Shown: piece by piece, positions 40,282 through 49,475 of the stretch
How positions within the stretch are numbered: the stretch's first letter is position 1
Layout: every line of letters starts with the position of its first letter
Source: Barthelona sp. PCE
Taxonomy: Eukaryota
Reading direction: 5' to 3'
NCBI GenBank assembly: GCA_040285745.1
Contig: JAUFOR010000004.1
Coordinates: forward strand, 868,001 to 932,000
Length of the DNA stretch: 64,000 nucleotides
The notes under the pieces: model-generated
Databases searched by the model: none
Seen by the model: only the letters and a program-made list of their open reading frames with translations
What the model was told of the DNA's origin: nothing
Translations under genes and position numbers: made by a program

Positions 40282-42006
40282 ATGGATTTTGATGTGCTGT
40301 TTAACACACCCAGGCATCAGAAGCTTATAAAAAACAGCGATATCACACCAAATTTTTTTTCTGCAGGATTACCCGATTGGTACGTTGAATATGCAACTTA
40401 CATTCGGGACTTTGAGGGCAAACCTTCTTCATCCTTGAACGCGGCTGTTCTAAATATGTATTTCCCTGCGTTATGTGCAAGAGGTGCATTCTCTTCATTT
40501 AAAAACGTTGATCTGTCCACAATTGATGTAGAACCTCTTATTTTTGGATCCAACGGTTCGATCTCAGAATATGAATATGTGTTTCTTCTTCACTGTTTAC
40601 TTCTCCATGCATTAATGAATAATTCAATTGCTTCCTTGCTTTTTTTCCAAGTTTTTGAGTTGAATAATAGGTTTTCTTCAGATGTTTCGGCGGATTTAGC
40701 AAATTTTCTTGCCATTTTCTTCATTAATCACGACAATAATTTCGATATTCCTTTTCACACAATCATGAAGTTCATCAAGGAAGACCGTGTCCTGTTATTT
40801 CTATATGCATATCACAAAACAAAGTCATTACACAAATTTTTTCGCTCATTTACCGATAGAAAGAAGTGCGCATCAGCAGACATAAACGTGTTGCGTGCGA
40901 TTGCTCTTCTCCAGCTTCCATTCGATTATAATTTATCGTTTCGGGGAAAGCACTTACCACGAGATGGAACGATCACTACCATAATTAATGTCCGTGATGT
41001 TTTCTGTACAGTTGGGCCACGTGTCATTCGTGAGCTGCTCATGCTTCGTTGCACAGACGACCTGTTCAAAGTTGCGCATATTGTAATGACAGTTGCCTAT
41101 TTATTTTCAGATGACCCTTCGTTCCAACCCATTATTGATAGTCTTGACAGTATGTGTGAACTTTGTGTTCAGGTTGCTAGACGGGAACCGAACGATGTAT
41201 ACGCTGTGCCACCGTCATCCATCTACGATGCTTTGTTACGATTCAACAACCTTACCCGACCTGCCCAATGGGATGTCCTCCATAGACAATTGACGAAGCG
41301 CCGACACGCAATCGATACTGGGGACAAGTGGGCGACGCTGAAGTTTATGTTGCACAAATTAATCGAGCAATGTGGCTCTCACCCAATGCTTCTGTTGTAC
41401 CGCCTTGTGATTGCTGCTGACGAAGATGATTTCACAGTACTAGCATCAACACTCGAAACGATAGTGCAACTGTGTGCAGGGACGAGCATATTTAGCCATT
41501 TCTTTTTTTTTTCGTACCCGATGCCACACTGCTTCCTGGATCGTAACCGCCCAAAAGAAGCACGGATAGCTTTTCTTTCCCATGCGATATTTACAGCTAT
41601 GTCGTGTTTCATCAAGCGCGGTGCTATAAGTGATCTCAATGCCAAGAACTTTGGGGCATTGTGGGAAATGCACACAAGATCAAAGGATCTTAGCGATGAT
41701 CCACTCCGTGATCTCATTGCTACGTTTGCTGGTGATAAAACTGCACTGACACGCTTAACTTCTTCTTTCAGTCGTATGAATCCGTATCAAGCTTTTCAAT
41801 ACGGTGCAGCTCTCACCGTATTAGATGCATCTTTTGGACTTGCATGTTGTCCATATCTTGATGAAGAGCATAAATTCTTTGAGATGTACCTCAATTTCGT
41901 ATTGGATAATACCCCTGAAGTCAATGAATTACTCGAAGCAAAATTGAAACAGGTGCCTTTACTTCCAGATTGTTTTCTCAAAACGCACCTTCCGAAATGT
42001 AAATAG
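40282..42006 (+). CDS. Hypothetical alpha-helical protein
   Basis: 574-aa ORF; no recognised motif. Confidence 0.75.
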   Translation: MDFDVLFNTPRHQKLIKNSDITPNFFSAGLPDWYVEYATYIRDFEGKPSSSLNAAVLNMYFPALCARGAFSSFKNVDLSTIDVEPLIFGSNGSISEYEYVFLLHCLLLHALMNNSIASLLFFQVFELNNRFSSDVSADLANFLAIFFINHDNNFDIPFHTIMKFIKEDRVLLFLYAYHKTKSLHKFFRSFTDRKKCASADINVLRAIALLQLPFDYNLSFRGKHLPRDGTITTIINVRDVFCTVGPRVIRELLMLRCTDDLFKVAHIVMTVAYLFSDDPSFQPIIDSLDSMCELCVQVARREPNDVYAVPPSSIYDALLRFNNLTRPAQWDVLHRQLTKRRHAIDTGDKWATLKFMLHKLIEQCGSHPMLLLYRLVIAADEDDFTVLASTLETIVQLCAGTSIFSHFFFFSYPMPHCFLDRNRPKEARIAFLSHAIFTAMSCFIKRGAISDLNAKNFGALWEMHTRSKDLSDDPLRDLIATFAGDKTALTRLTSSFSRMNPYQAFQYGAALTVLDASFGLACCPYLDEEHKFFEMYLNFVLDNTPEVNELLEAKLKQVPLLPDCFLKTHLPKCK

Positions 42007-42281
42007 CACTCCTAAACCCACAATTTTTATTATTAACATGCATAACTAGCTAAAAGAATAGAAAAACAATCCAACATTATGCCTACCATATATTTAACGT
42101 CCTAACATGCATTAACACTCAGATTATTTGCTGAAGACACGTTGAAAATGGATAAAAAAAGAATTACAAGAGGAAAAAACCTATTCACTCCTATAACATA
42201 TTTAGCAGCTTTTCTTCTACCATTTTCCACCTAAACATCGATTTTAAATCAGTAAAACTCTCTCTGTATCACTCCAAAGCA

Positions 42282-42297
42282 CTTCTTCCTTCTTTTT
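42282..42297 (+). promoter_or_regulatory. Pyrimidine tract (TCT/5'TOP-like) before RPL7A
   Basis: CTTCTTCCTTCTTTTT ending 18 nt before the ATG. Confidence 0.35.
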
Positions 42298-42315
42298 GCA
42301 TATTTTACTTTTATC

Positions 42316-43174
42316 ATGGCTAAGAATCAATTATCTCGTGCCCCTAAGCGTGCCTCCAAGAACGGTCCCAAGGCTGAAGCCGGCAAGGCCTCCCTCTTCG
42401 AAGCCAAGCCTAAGACTTACGGTGTCGCCGACATCCAGCCTAAGCGTGATTTGACTCACTTTGTCAAGTTCCCTCGCTATGTTCGCCTCCAGAGAACCAA
42501 GAAGGTTCTTCTTCAGCGTGTCAAGCAACCTGGTAACATTAATCAGTTCAACCATACTCTTTCTGCCAACGTTCTCAACGAGATCAACGCTATGGTCATG
42601 AAGAAGTACCGTCCTGAGTCTACCCAGGAGAAGAAGGTGCGTATTCGCGCTAACGCCGAGGCTCGTCTTCAGGAAGGTGAGACCACTGATGCTCCTCTTG
42701 CTGTTAAGTTTGGTATCAACTTTGTCACCAAGCTCATCGAGCAGAAGAAGGCTAAACTGGTTCTCATTGCCGCTGATGTTGATCCCATCGAGGTATGATT
42801 TATTTATTCAGTTTTCAATGGGTTTTTTAGAGAGTTTACCCTCTCAATGACTTTTTTTAGGTTCCTTTTGGAACTGATGACCTAACCCGATATTTTCTTA
42901 CTTTTAGATTGTTATGTGGATGCCTGCTCTTTGCACCAAGATGGATATCCCCTACGCCATTGTTCCTTCCAAGTCTGTTCTTGGTAAGATGGTTCACCTC
43001 AAGACTGCCGCTTGTGTTGCCGTCACCGACGTTCTCGCTGCTGATGAGGCTAAGTTTGTTAAGTTCTGCGACCACTGTCGTATGGAGTTCAACGATAACT
43101 ACGCCATTCGTCAGAGAGAGCTTGGTGGCCTCAAGCTTTCCGATAAGTCTACTCACAAGAACTCTAAGCAGTAA
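42316..43174 (+). CDS. RPL7A: 60S ribosomal protein L7a (eL8); exons 42316-42792 and 42908-43174
   Basis: IQPKRDLTHFVKFPRYVRLQR and LVLIAADVDPIE|IVMWMPALC.KMDIPY. Splicing restores the continuous L7Ae-family motif. Confidence 0.97.
42793..42907 (+). other. Phase-0 spliceosomal intron, 115 nt
   Basis: GTATGA 5' site, CTAAC branch point (42882-42886) and polypyrimidine tract ending TTTTAG. Removal joins GAG|ATT in frame. Confidence 0.95.
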
Positions 43175-43504
43175 TGATAACTCACAAGTAAAGCACATCA
43201 CCAAAAGAATTGTATTGCATCATTATTATAAAACAGAAACGAACTGCATTACCAATAAACAAATCATCTCTTTTAATTCACTTTCAAGTACCAAATATTG
43301 ATAAAACCTCATCGACATAACTAACAATCTCATCAAATAGCTAAACTGAGAATGGACCCCCGAAAAGCCAAAATTCTAAAACACGTTTTTGTGTCATTTA
43401 AATATGTGTACATGTTTATTTAAACTAAAAAACGACAGAAAATCCAGTAAAATGTCTGAAATAACTTTACAACCTGTTAACCCTTTTTTAACATTAATCC
43501 TACA

Positions 43505-45145
43505 ATGCAAATAGAACAAATTTCATTCCTACAATCCAAACGCGAGCAAGAAACTGGCCTAGAACACAACTTTGGTATTCTACCTCTCAAGGTACCAAGT
43601 GGTGATGTTATGAACAGTAAGTACAATATTGTAATCCAATCAGACAGATCCGGTAGTATGGCCCTTGACGCCAGTCAAGAAGGAGGACAAACTTGTATGC
43701 AGCTTACTAAGAAAACTATTAAGTCAATTATTAAGTTTCTTGGTGATATCTCAACTAAAAGCAATGTTGAGATCATACTGACGATTCTTTTCTTCGACCA
43801 TGCTGTTGAAGCCTGCTTTGAGACCATAGCTGTCACCAAAGAAAACGCTCAAGAGCTTTGTGATCAAGTTGAACAGTGGGACTCTCGTGGCCAAACAAAC
43901 ATGTTTGATGCCATCAATCGCTGTGAAGAGTACTACCGTGAGGAATACCAGAACATATCTATCAATCTCACAGATGGTCAGCCCAACTGCTCTCACACAA
44001 AATCACACCAAATGCAACGCAATCTGAACCCAATAGTGCGTGACAACTTCGAACACAACCTTATCGGCTTTGGTATGAGTCACAATGAGAAGTTATTGTA
44101 TACTCTCTCTAAACTCCTCAAAGGTGATTATTATTTTGTTGACAACGTCGAAAACTGTGGTATGATCTACGGTGAGATTCTTAACAAAGTTCTGTATAAG
44201 CGCTACACAGACATTGAACTGTCCAGCGAGATTATTGAGTTCTACGACCACCTAACGGGTGACTGGGTGAAAAATCTCAAGATCAAGTCAATGTTCTGTG
44301 ACGAAGAGGATACCATCCACCTTCGAATGGGATGGGACGTTGCCATCGCTGAACCTCTTGTCGTAAAGATCAAGTATACCGATTTGGAAGAAAATGAAGT
44401 CATTGAGCAAGATATGCTTATTGGTGCTGACGTTTATGACTCCAGCGCAGAATCCCCTATCGGTGACAGAGATCTTGAGGTGCACAAGTACCTTTTCCGC
44501 CAACGTGCCGTTGAGCTCATGTTCCAGTTTAATGAGAAATATTCTATCGAGCATGAAGACAATAAGCTTCCAAACCTTATCACTCCCGGACCAGCACCTT
44601 TAAAGATCAGGCGAAAAACGAAGAGACCAACCAGACCGCCTGTTCAGGCATTCCAACCTGAACCTCAACCTCAACCTCAACCTACCGAGTTGGATGAGCT
44701 GAAGGGAAAGGTCGAGACTCTCTTTGAGGAGATCAAGGTCTTCATCACCGATAAAGGGCTCGATGACGACCTCTTCATGACTCAGATCTTGGATGATCTC
44801 AGTGTTACGTTCCAGCAGATCGAGTTGAGTTCTGAAACAAACAACCGCGCTACTAATGTTTTCGGACTTGGTAGATATATCTCTCAATGTCGTCACAGAG
44901 CCTACAATATTGCCCAATGCGATTTTGAGAGCCTCAATCCCACCCCCCAAGTAAGAGCTTTTGGAGCATCAAGGGCTGCTATGGGTGCACCAATGCTTGC
45001 TATGGCTGGTGTTGCTCCTTCTGGTCCTCCTGGAGCCGGTAGAATGAGGAAAAAGAAGTCAATTGTATCGCATAAACAATCATCCAATGTTTTCAACGCC
45101 TATGCCAATGAACTGCAACAAGACATCATGACTTCTTTGAAGTAA
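43505..45145 (+). CDS. von Willebrand factor A domain protein, copy 1
   Basis: MIDAS DRSGS...GQTN...LTDG; IGFG; Pro/Gln-rich linker. Confidence 0.9.
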   Translation: MQIEQISFLQSKREQETGLEHNFGILPLKVPSGDVMNSKYNIVIQSDRSGSMALDASQEGGQTCMQLTKKTIKSIIKFLGDISTKSNVEIILTILFFDHAVEACFETIAVTKENAQELCDQVEQWDSRGQTNMFDAINRCEEYYREEYQNISINLTDGQPNCSHTKSHQMQRNLNPIVRDNFEHNLIGFGMSHNEKLLYTLSKLLKGDYYFVDNVENCGMIYGEILNKVLYKRYTDIELSSEIIEFYDHLTGDWVKNLKIKSMFCDEEDTIHLRMGWDVAIAEPLVVKIKYTDLEENEVIEQDMLIGADVYDSSAESPIGDRDLEVHKYLFRQRAVELMFQFNEKYSIEHEDNKLPNLITPGPAPLKIRRKTKRPTRPPVQAFQPEPQPQPQPTELDELKGKVETLFEEIKVFITDKGLDDDLFMTQILDDLSVTFQQIELSSETNNRATNVFGLGRYISQCRHRAYNIAQCDFESLNPTPQVRAFGASRAAMGAPMLAMAGVAPSGPPGAGRMRKKKSIVSHKQSSNVFNAYANELQQDIMTSLK

Positions 45146-45603
45146 CATGACCGTGTAAATAAAAAATTTTTACTTTGCACTTGTAATTTTTGTGTGAGAA
45201 GACAACCTGTTAAACTTCATTGAATTAAGCGCCTAATTCCGTCAATTACGGCTGAACAAGAAAATGGAACATTAATTTCAAAACAAAATATCTAAAAACC
45301 AATGGAGATCATATTGCATCATTATTATAAAACAGAAACGAACTGCATTACCAATAAACAAATCATCTCTTTTAATTCACTTTCAAGTACCAAATATTGA
45401 TAAAACCTCATCGACATAACTAACAATCTCATCAAATAGCTAAACTGAGAATGGACCCCCGAAAAGCCAAAATTCTAAAACACGTTTTTGTGTCATTTAA
45501 ATATGTGTACATGTTTATTTAAACTAAAAAACGACAGAAAATCCAGTAAAATGTCTGAAATAACTTTACAACCTGTTAACCCTTTTTTAACATTAATCCT
45601 ACA

Positions 45604-47244
45604 ATGCAAATAGAACAAATTTCATTCCTACAATCCAAACGCGAGCAAGAAACTGGCCTAGAACACAACTTTGGTATTCTACCTCTCAAGGTACCAAGTG
45701 GTGATGTTATGAACAGTAAGTACAATATTGTAATCCAATCAGACAGATCCGGTAGTATGGCCCTTGACGCCAGTCAAGAAGGAGGACAAACTTGTATGCA
45801 GCTTACTAAGAAAACTATTAAGTCAATTATTAAGTTTCTTGGTGATATCTCAACTAAAAGCAATGTTGAGATCATACTGACGATTCTTTTCTTCGACCAT
45901 GCTGTTGAAGCCTGCTTTGAGACCATAGCTGTCACCAAAGAAAACGCTCAAGAGCTTTGTGATCAAGTTGAACAGTGGGACTCTCGTGGCCAAACAAACA
46001 TGTTTGATGCCATCAATCGCTGTGAAGAGTACTACCGTGAGGAATACCAGAACATATCTATCAATCTCACAGATGGTCAGCCCAACTGCTCTCACACAAA
46101 ATCACACCAAATGCAACGCAATCTGAACCCAATAGTGCGTGACAACTTCGAACACAACCTTATCGGCTTTGGTATGAGTCACAATGAGAAGTTATTGTAT
46201 ACTCTCTCTAAACTCCTCAAAGGTGATTATTATTTTGTTGACAACGTCGAAAACTGTGGTATGATCTACGGTGAGATTCTTAACAAAGTTCTGTATAAGC
46301 GCTACACAGACATTGAACTGTCCAGCGAGATTATTGAGTTCTACGACCACCTAACGGGTGACTGGGTGAAAAATCTCAAGATCAAGTCAATGTTCTGTGA
46401 CGAAGAGGATACCATCCACCTTCGAATGGGATGGGACGTTGCCATCGCTGAACCTCTTGTCGTAAAGATCAAGTATACCGATTTGGAAGAAAATGAAGTC
46501 ATTGAGCAAGATATGCTTATTGGTGCTGACGTTTATGACTCCAGCGCAGAATCCCCTATCGGTGACAGAGATCTTGAGGTGCACAAGTACCTTTTCCGCC
46601 AACGTGCCGTTGAGCTCATGTTCCAGTTTAATGAGAAATATTCTATCGAGCATGAAGACAATAAGCTTCCAAACCTTATCACTCCCGGACCAGCACCTTT
46701 AAAGATCAGGCGAAAAACGAAGAGACCAACCAGACCGCCTGTTCAGGCATTCCAACCTGAACCTCAACCTCAACCTCAACCTACCGAGTTGGATGAGCTG
46801 AAGGGAAAGGTCGAGACTCTCTTTGAGGAGATCAAGGTCTTCATCACCGATAAAGGGCTCGATGACGACCTCTTCATGACTCAGATCTTGGATGATCTCA
46901 GTGTTACGTTCCAGCAGATCGAGTTGAGTTCTGAAACAAACAACCGCGCTACTAATGTTTTCGGACTTGGTAGATATATCTCTCAATGTCGTCACAGAGC
47001 CTACAATATTGCCCAATGCGATTTTGAGAGCCTCAATCCCACCCCCCAAGTAAGAGCTTTTGGAGCATCAAGGGCTGCTATGGGTGCACCAATGCTTGCT
47101 ATGGCTGGTGTTGCTCCTTCTGGTCCTCCTGGAGCCGGTAGAATGAGGAAAAAGAAGTCAATTGTATCGCATAAACAATCATCCAATGTTTTCAACGCCT
47201 ATGCCAATGAACTGCAACAAGACATCATGACTTCTTTGAAGTAA
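45604..47244 (+). CDS. von Willebrand factor A domain protein, copy 2 (identical)
   Basis: Same 546-aa translation as copy 1. Confidence 0.9.
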   Translation: MQIEQISFLQSKREQETGLEHNFGILPLKVPSGDVMNSKYNIVIQSDRSGSMALDASQEGGQTCMQLTKKTIKSIIKFLGDISTKSNVEIILTILFFDHAVEACFETIAVTKENAQELCDQVEQWDSRGQTNMFDAINRCEEYYREEYQNISINLTDGQPNCSHTKSHQMQRNLNPIVRDNFEHNLIGFGMSHNEKLLYTLSKLLKGDYYFVDNVENCGMIYGEILNKVLYKRYTDIELSSEIIEFYDHLTGDWVKNLKIKSMFCDEEDTIHLRMGWDVAIAEPLVVKIKYTDLEENEVIEQDMLIGADVYDSSAESPIGDRDLEVHKYLFRQRAVELMFQFNEKYSIEHEDNKLPNLITPGPAPLKIRRKTKRPTRPPVQAFQPEPQPQPQPTELDELKGKVETLFEEIKVFITDKGLDDDLFMTQILDDLSVTFQQIELSSETNNRATNVFGLGRYISQCRHRAYNIAQCDFESLNPTPQVRAFGASRAAMGAPMLAMAGVAPSGPPGAGRMRKKKSIVSHKQSSNVFNAYANELQQDIMTSLK

Positions 47245-47997
47245 CATGACCGTGTAAATAAAAAATTTTTACTTTGCACTTGTAATTTTTGTGTGAGAAG
47301 ACAACCTGTTAAACTTCATTGAATTAAGCGCCTAATTCCGTCAATTACGGCTGAACAAGAAAATGGAACATTAATTTCAAAACAAAATATCTAAAAACCA
47401 ATGGAGATCATATTGGCTGTGACTAATGACTATTGGAAAAGGAGCCAACAATCCTAGCACCTCAGCTTAGTCTCTCGTTTTAACCATCATATCAGGCCTA
47501 AGAATGTTCAGAGAATCATTTGTGCTGCTTACAACAACATCTTTACCTTACTCTGCTAAAGTTACTTAGTTAAAGTTAAGCAGGTTTACTTTTATTGTGT
47601 TTCTAATCTAGAAATTGTCATTATCATTTTGATTTTTAGTATTTTTGAAGGATAAGATATATTAAATAAACTAAATCATTGCTGTTCTAAAGTTATAGAA
47701 AATAAATCTCCTTAAAATTTGTTTTTTAATAAATTTATATTGCACATGAATGATATATAAACAATAAAATACTTTAATACCATTAAAATTAATAAATTAT
47801 AATGGAATGAAGAGAAAAATAAAAATTTTTTAATGATCGTTGACACACTTTTAAATCAAATTAGAGGTACTAAAATAAGCCAATTCGTTCATTTTAAGGC
47901 TTATTTTTGTTATCTGACACTCATACGAATATATCACTTTTGTATTCAACAAAAAACATAAAAAAACTTATTTAGTAGTTGGTTTCCGAAATCAGTG

Positions 47998-48070
47998 GCC
48001 CGGGTAGCTTAGTCGGTAGAGCATCTGACTGTTAATCAGAAGGTCTGAGGTTCAAGTCCTCACCCAGGCG
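47998..48070 (+). tRNA. tRNA-Asn(GTT)
   Basis: Cloverleaf: GCCCGGG/CCCAGGC acceptor (one mismatch), TCTGA-CTGTTAA-TCAGA, TTCAAGT T-loop, T6 terminator. Confidence 0.93.
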
Positions 48071-48149
48071 CTTTTTTGCACTGAACATTATTGGTGGACG
48101 TAGTATTAAATGAGCAGCTTTAACGAAGGCTTCATTTCCGTCGAAAGAT

Positions 48150-48223
48150 GTTGGGATAGCTCAGTTGGTTAGAGCATCTGCCTAACACGCAGGGGGTCCC
48201 CGGTTCAAATCCGGGTCTCAATA
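48150..48223 (+). tRNA. tRNA-Val(AAC)
   Basis: GTTGGGA/TCTCAAT acceptor, TCTGC-CTAACAC-GCAGG, CCCGG-TTCAAAT-CCGGG, T5 terminator. Confidence 0.93.
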
Positions 48224-48324
48224 TTTTTGGTCTTTTTTTGGCAAGCATATACATACAAACCATCCATCACTCGACGGGTTTCGCCTGTCCTGTAAAAAAC
48301 TGTGTAAAAAAAATTGTAAGTTAA

Positions 48325-48396
48325 TGTCAACACCGAGAATCGAACTCGGATTGCTGCCTCCACAGGGCAGTATAATAACCATTATATGATGTTGAC
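48325..48396 (-). tRNA. tRNA-His(GTG)
   Basis: Minus strand: GTCAACA/TGTTGAC, CTGCC-CTGTGGA-GGCAG, CCGAG-TTCGATT-CTCGG; A73; G-1 not encoded; T-run downstream. Confidence 0.93.
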
Positions 48397-49217
48397 TAGA
48401 TATAACGGAAAAATTGAACAACATTATATTATGGTATTTATAAACGACGACATATATTGTTTCTACACACATGTGAGAGGATGAACAGAACAAACCGTTG
48501 GACAGACTGGGTGCAGATCAATCAAAATATCACTGCACGCTACGTACCCCAGTGAGCTTGAATACTAAAACTTGTGTAACTAGGCTTATTCTTTCTTATG
48601 TATGATGTTCATTCAGTTGGTTATTTTAAGTTTTTTCTTTGATTTTCTTTCCGTTTTGTTACGTCTTGTGTCTCAACAGAAGAATCACATGTCAATATTT
48701 TGTTCAATACTTTAGTTCATCGTAAGGATAACAATATTTAACTCATAACATTTTTGGGTTGATATTACTGTTATCACTTTTATTAATGTTTTGAGGTGTC
48801 TTTTGCATAGCCACTGCTTTAAACATAAGAAAAAGCGATAAGATTCAAGAAAATGCCAAATAACTTTTTAAAGTTTTTTTCAAACTCTCACAATTATTCT
48901 TGCTGTGCTGTGCAACACACTAAGTAATGTATGTGTTAGAACCATTAAAACGTTTACATTTGTTTTGTTTCACTATGCATTTCATTATAAACCGTTAATT
49001 CCAACTTGGAAGAATTCTGAAGCGAGAATCACACATCTGAGAAGATGCAATAGTATGTTGAAAAATTTGAAGAAGAGGAGGAGTATTTCGTGGACTGCAT
49101 TCATAGACACCATAAGTTTTGACATACTGCTGAAAAAGTAAAAAGGACCACTGTTCCAAATAATGAACAAAGAATGAATACGTTTAAAAAAAAAATTATT
49201 CTGAAGTACGTTTATTG

Positions 49218-49475
49218 ACGTCTCACACGGGAACGCTCGCCTTCACACGTGGAGTGTGTTTCGTCCGGGAATTGGCTTAATGCCTTTTTTGAAAAGGGTA
49301 AGATAAACGGTATCGTGTTCGACGAACACTCTCCACACAGTAAACACAATATTTATAGTTTGGGAGTTGCGAACTACCGTGCTGTATTTGTGCTGAGGAT
49401 TGTTTTATAGCCCCTCTTTTCTTTTTTAAAAAGGGGAGAAAGAAATGAAGTGGAGTATTCACGGAATACTCGATG
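49218..49475 (+). ncRNA. Candidate structured non-coding RNA, class unknown
   Basis: Several long hairpins with plus-strand G-U pairs in a non-coding region that is locally GC-richer. Confidence 0.4.

Larger units (their letters stand above)
43213..47415. repeat. Direct tandem duplication, 2 x 2099 bp, with TATTG at all three junctions
   Basis: 43213-45311 repeats at 45312-47410 with identical translated ORFs. TATTG at 43213, 45312 and 47411. Confidence 0.95.

Noticed and set aside
42795-42877. Intronic box C/D snoRNA
   Set aside because: TGATGA lies near the 3' end, the box order is wrong and no rRNA guide was recognised; a splice-site K-turn explains the motifs better.
42316-43174. RPL7A as a split gene or pseudogene
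   Set aside because: A GT-AG intron with branch point restores the frame exactly.
44654-44683. CAACCT hexamer repeats
   Set aside because: In-frame Pro-Gln linker of the VWA protein; not CRISPR or telomeric.
43213-47415. Transposon with 5-bp target-site duplication
   Set aside because: No TIR, LTR, transposase or RT; the TATTG at the internal junction fits tandem duplication.
49233-49257. U5 loop-I-like GCCTTCAC hairpin, or tRNA-Sec-like TCA loop
   Set aside because: Differs from GCCUUUUAC, has no convincing Sm site and forms no cloverleaf.
49303-49319. RNase P CR-V-like ACACGATACCGTTTA on the minus strand
   Set aside because: No matching GGAA...CGGT P4 partner found upstream, and G-U pairs favour the plus strand.
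49393-49445. Hammerhead core CTGAGGA...GAAA
   Set aside because: Stem II is not adjacent to the core and stems I/III cannot be formed.
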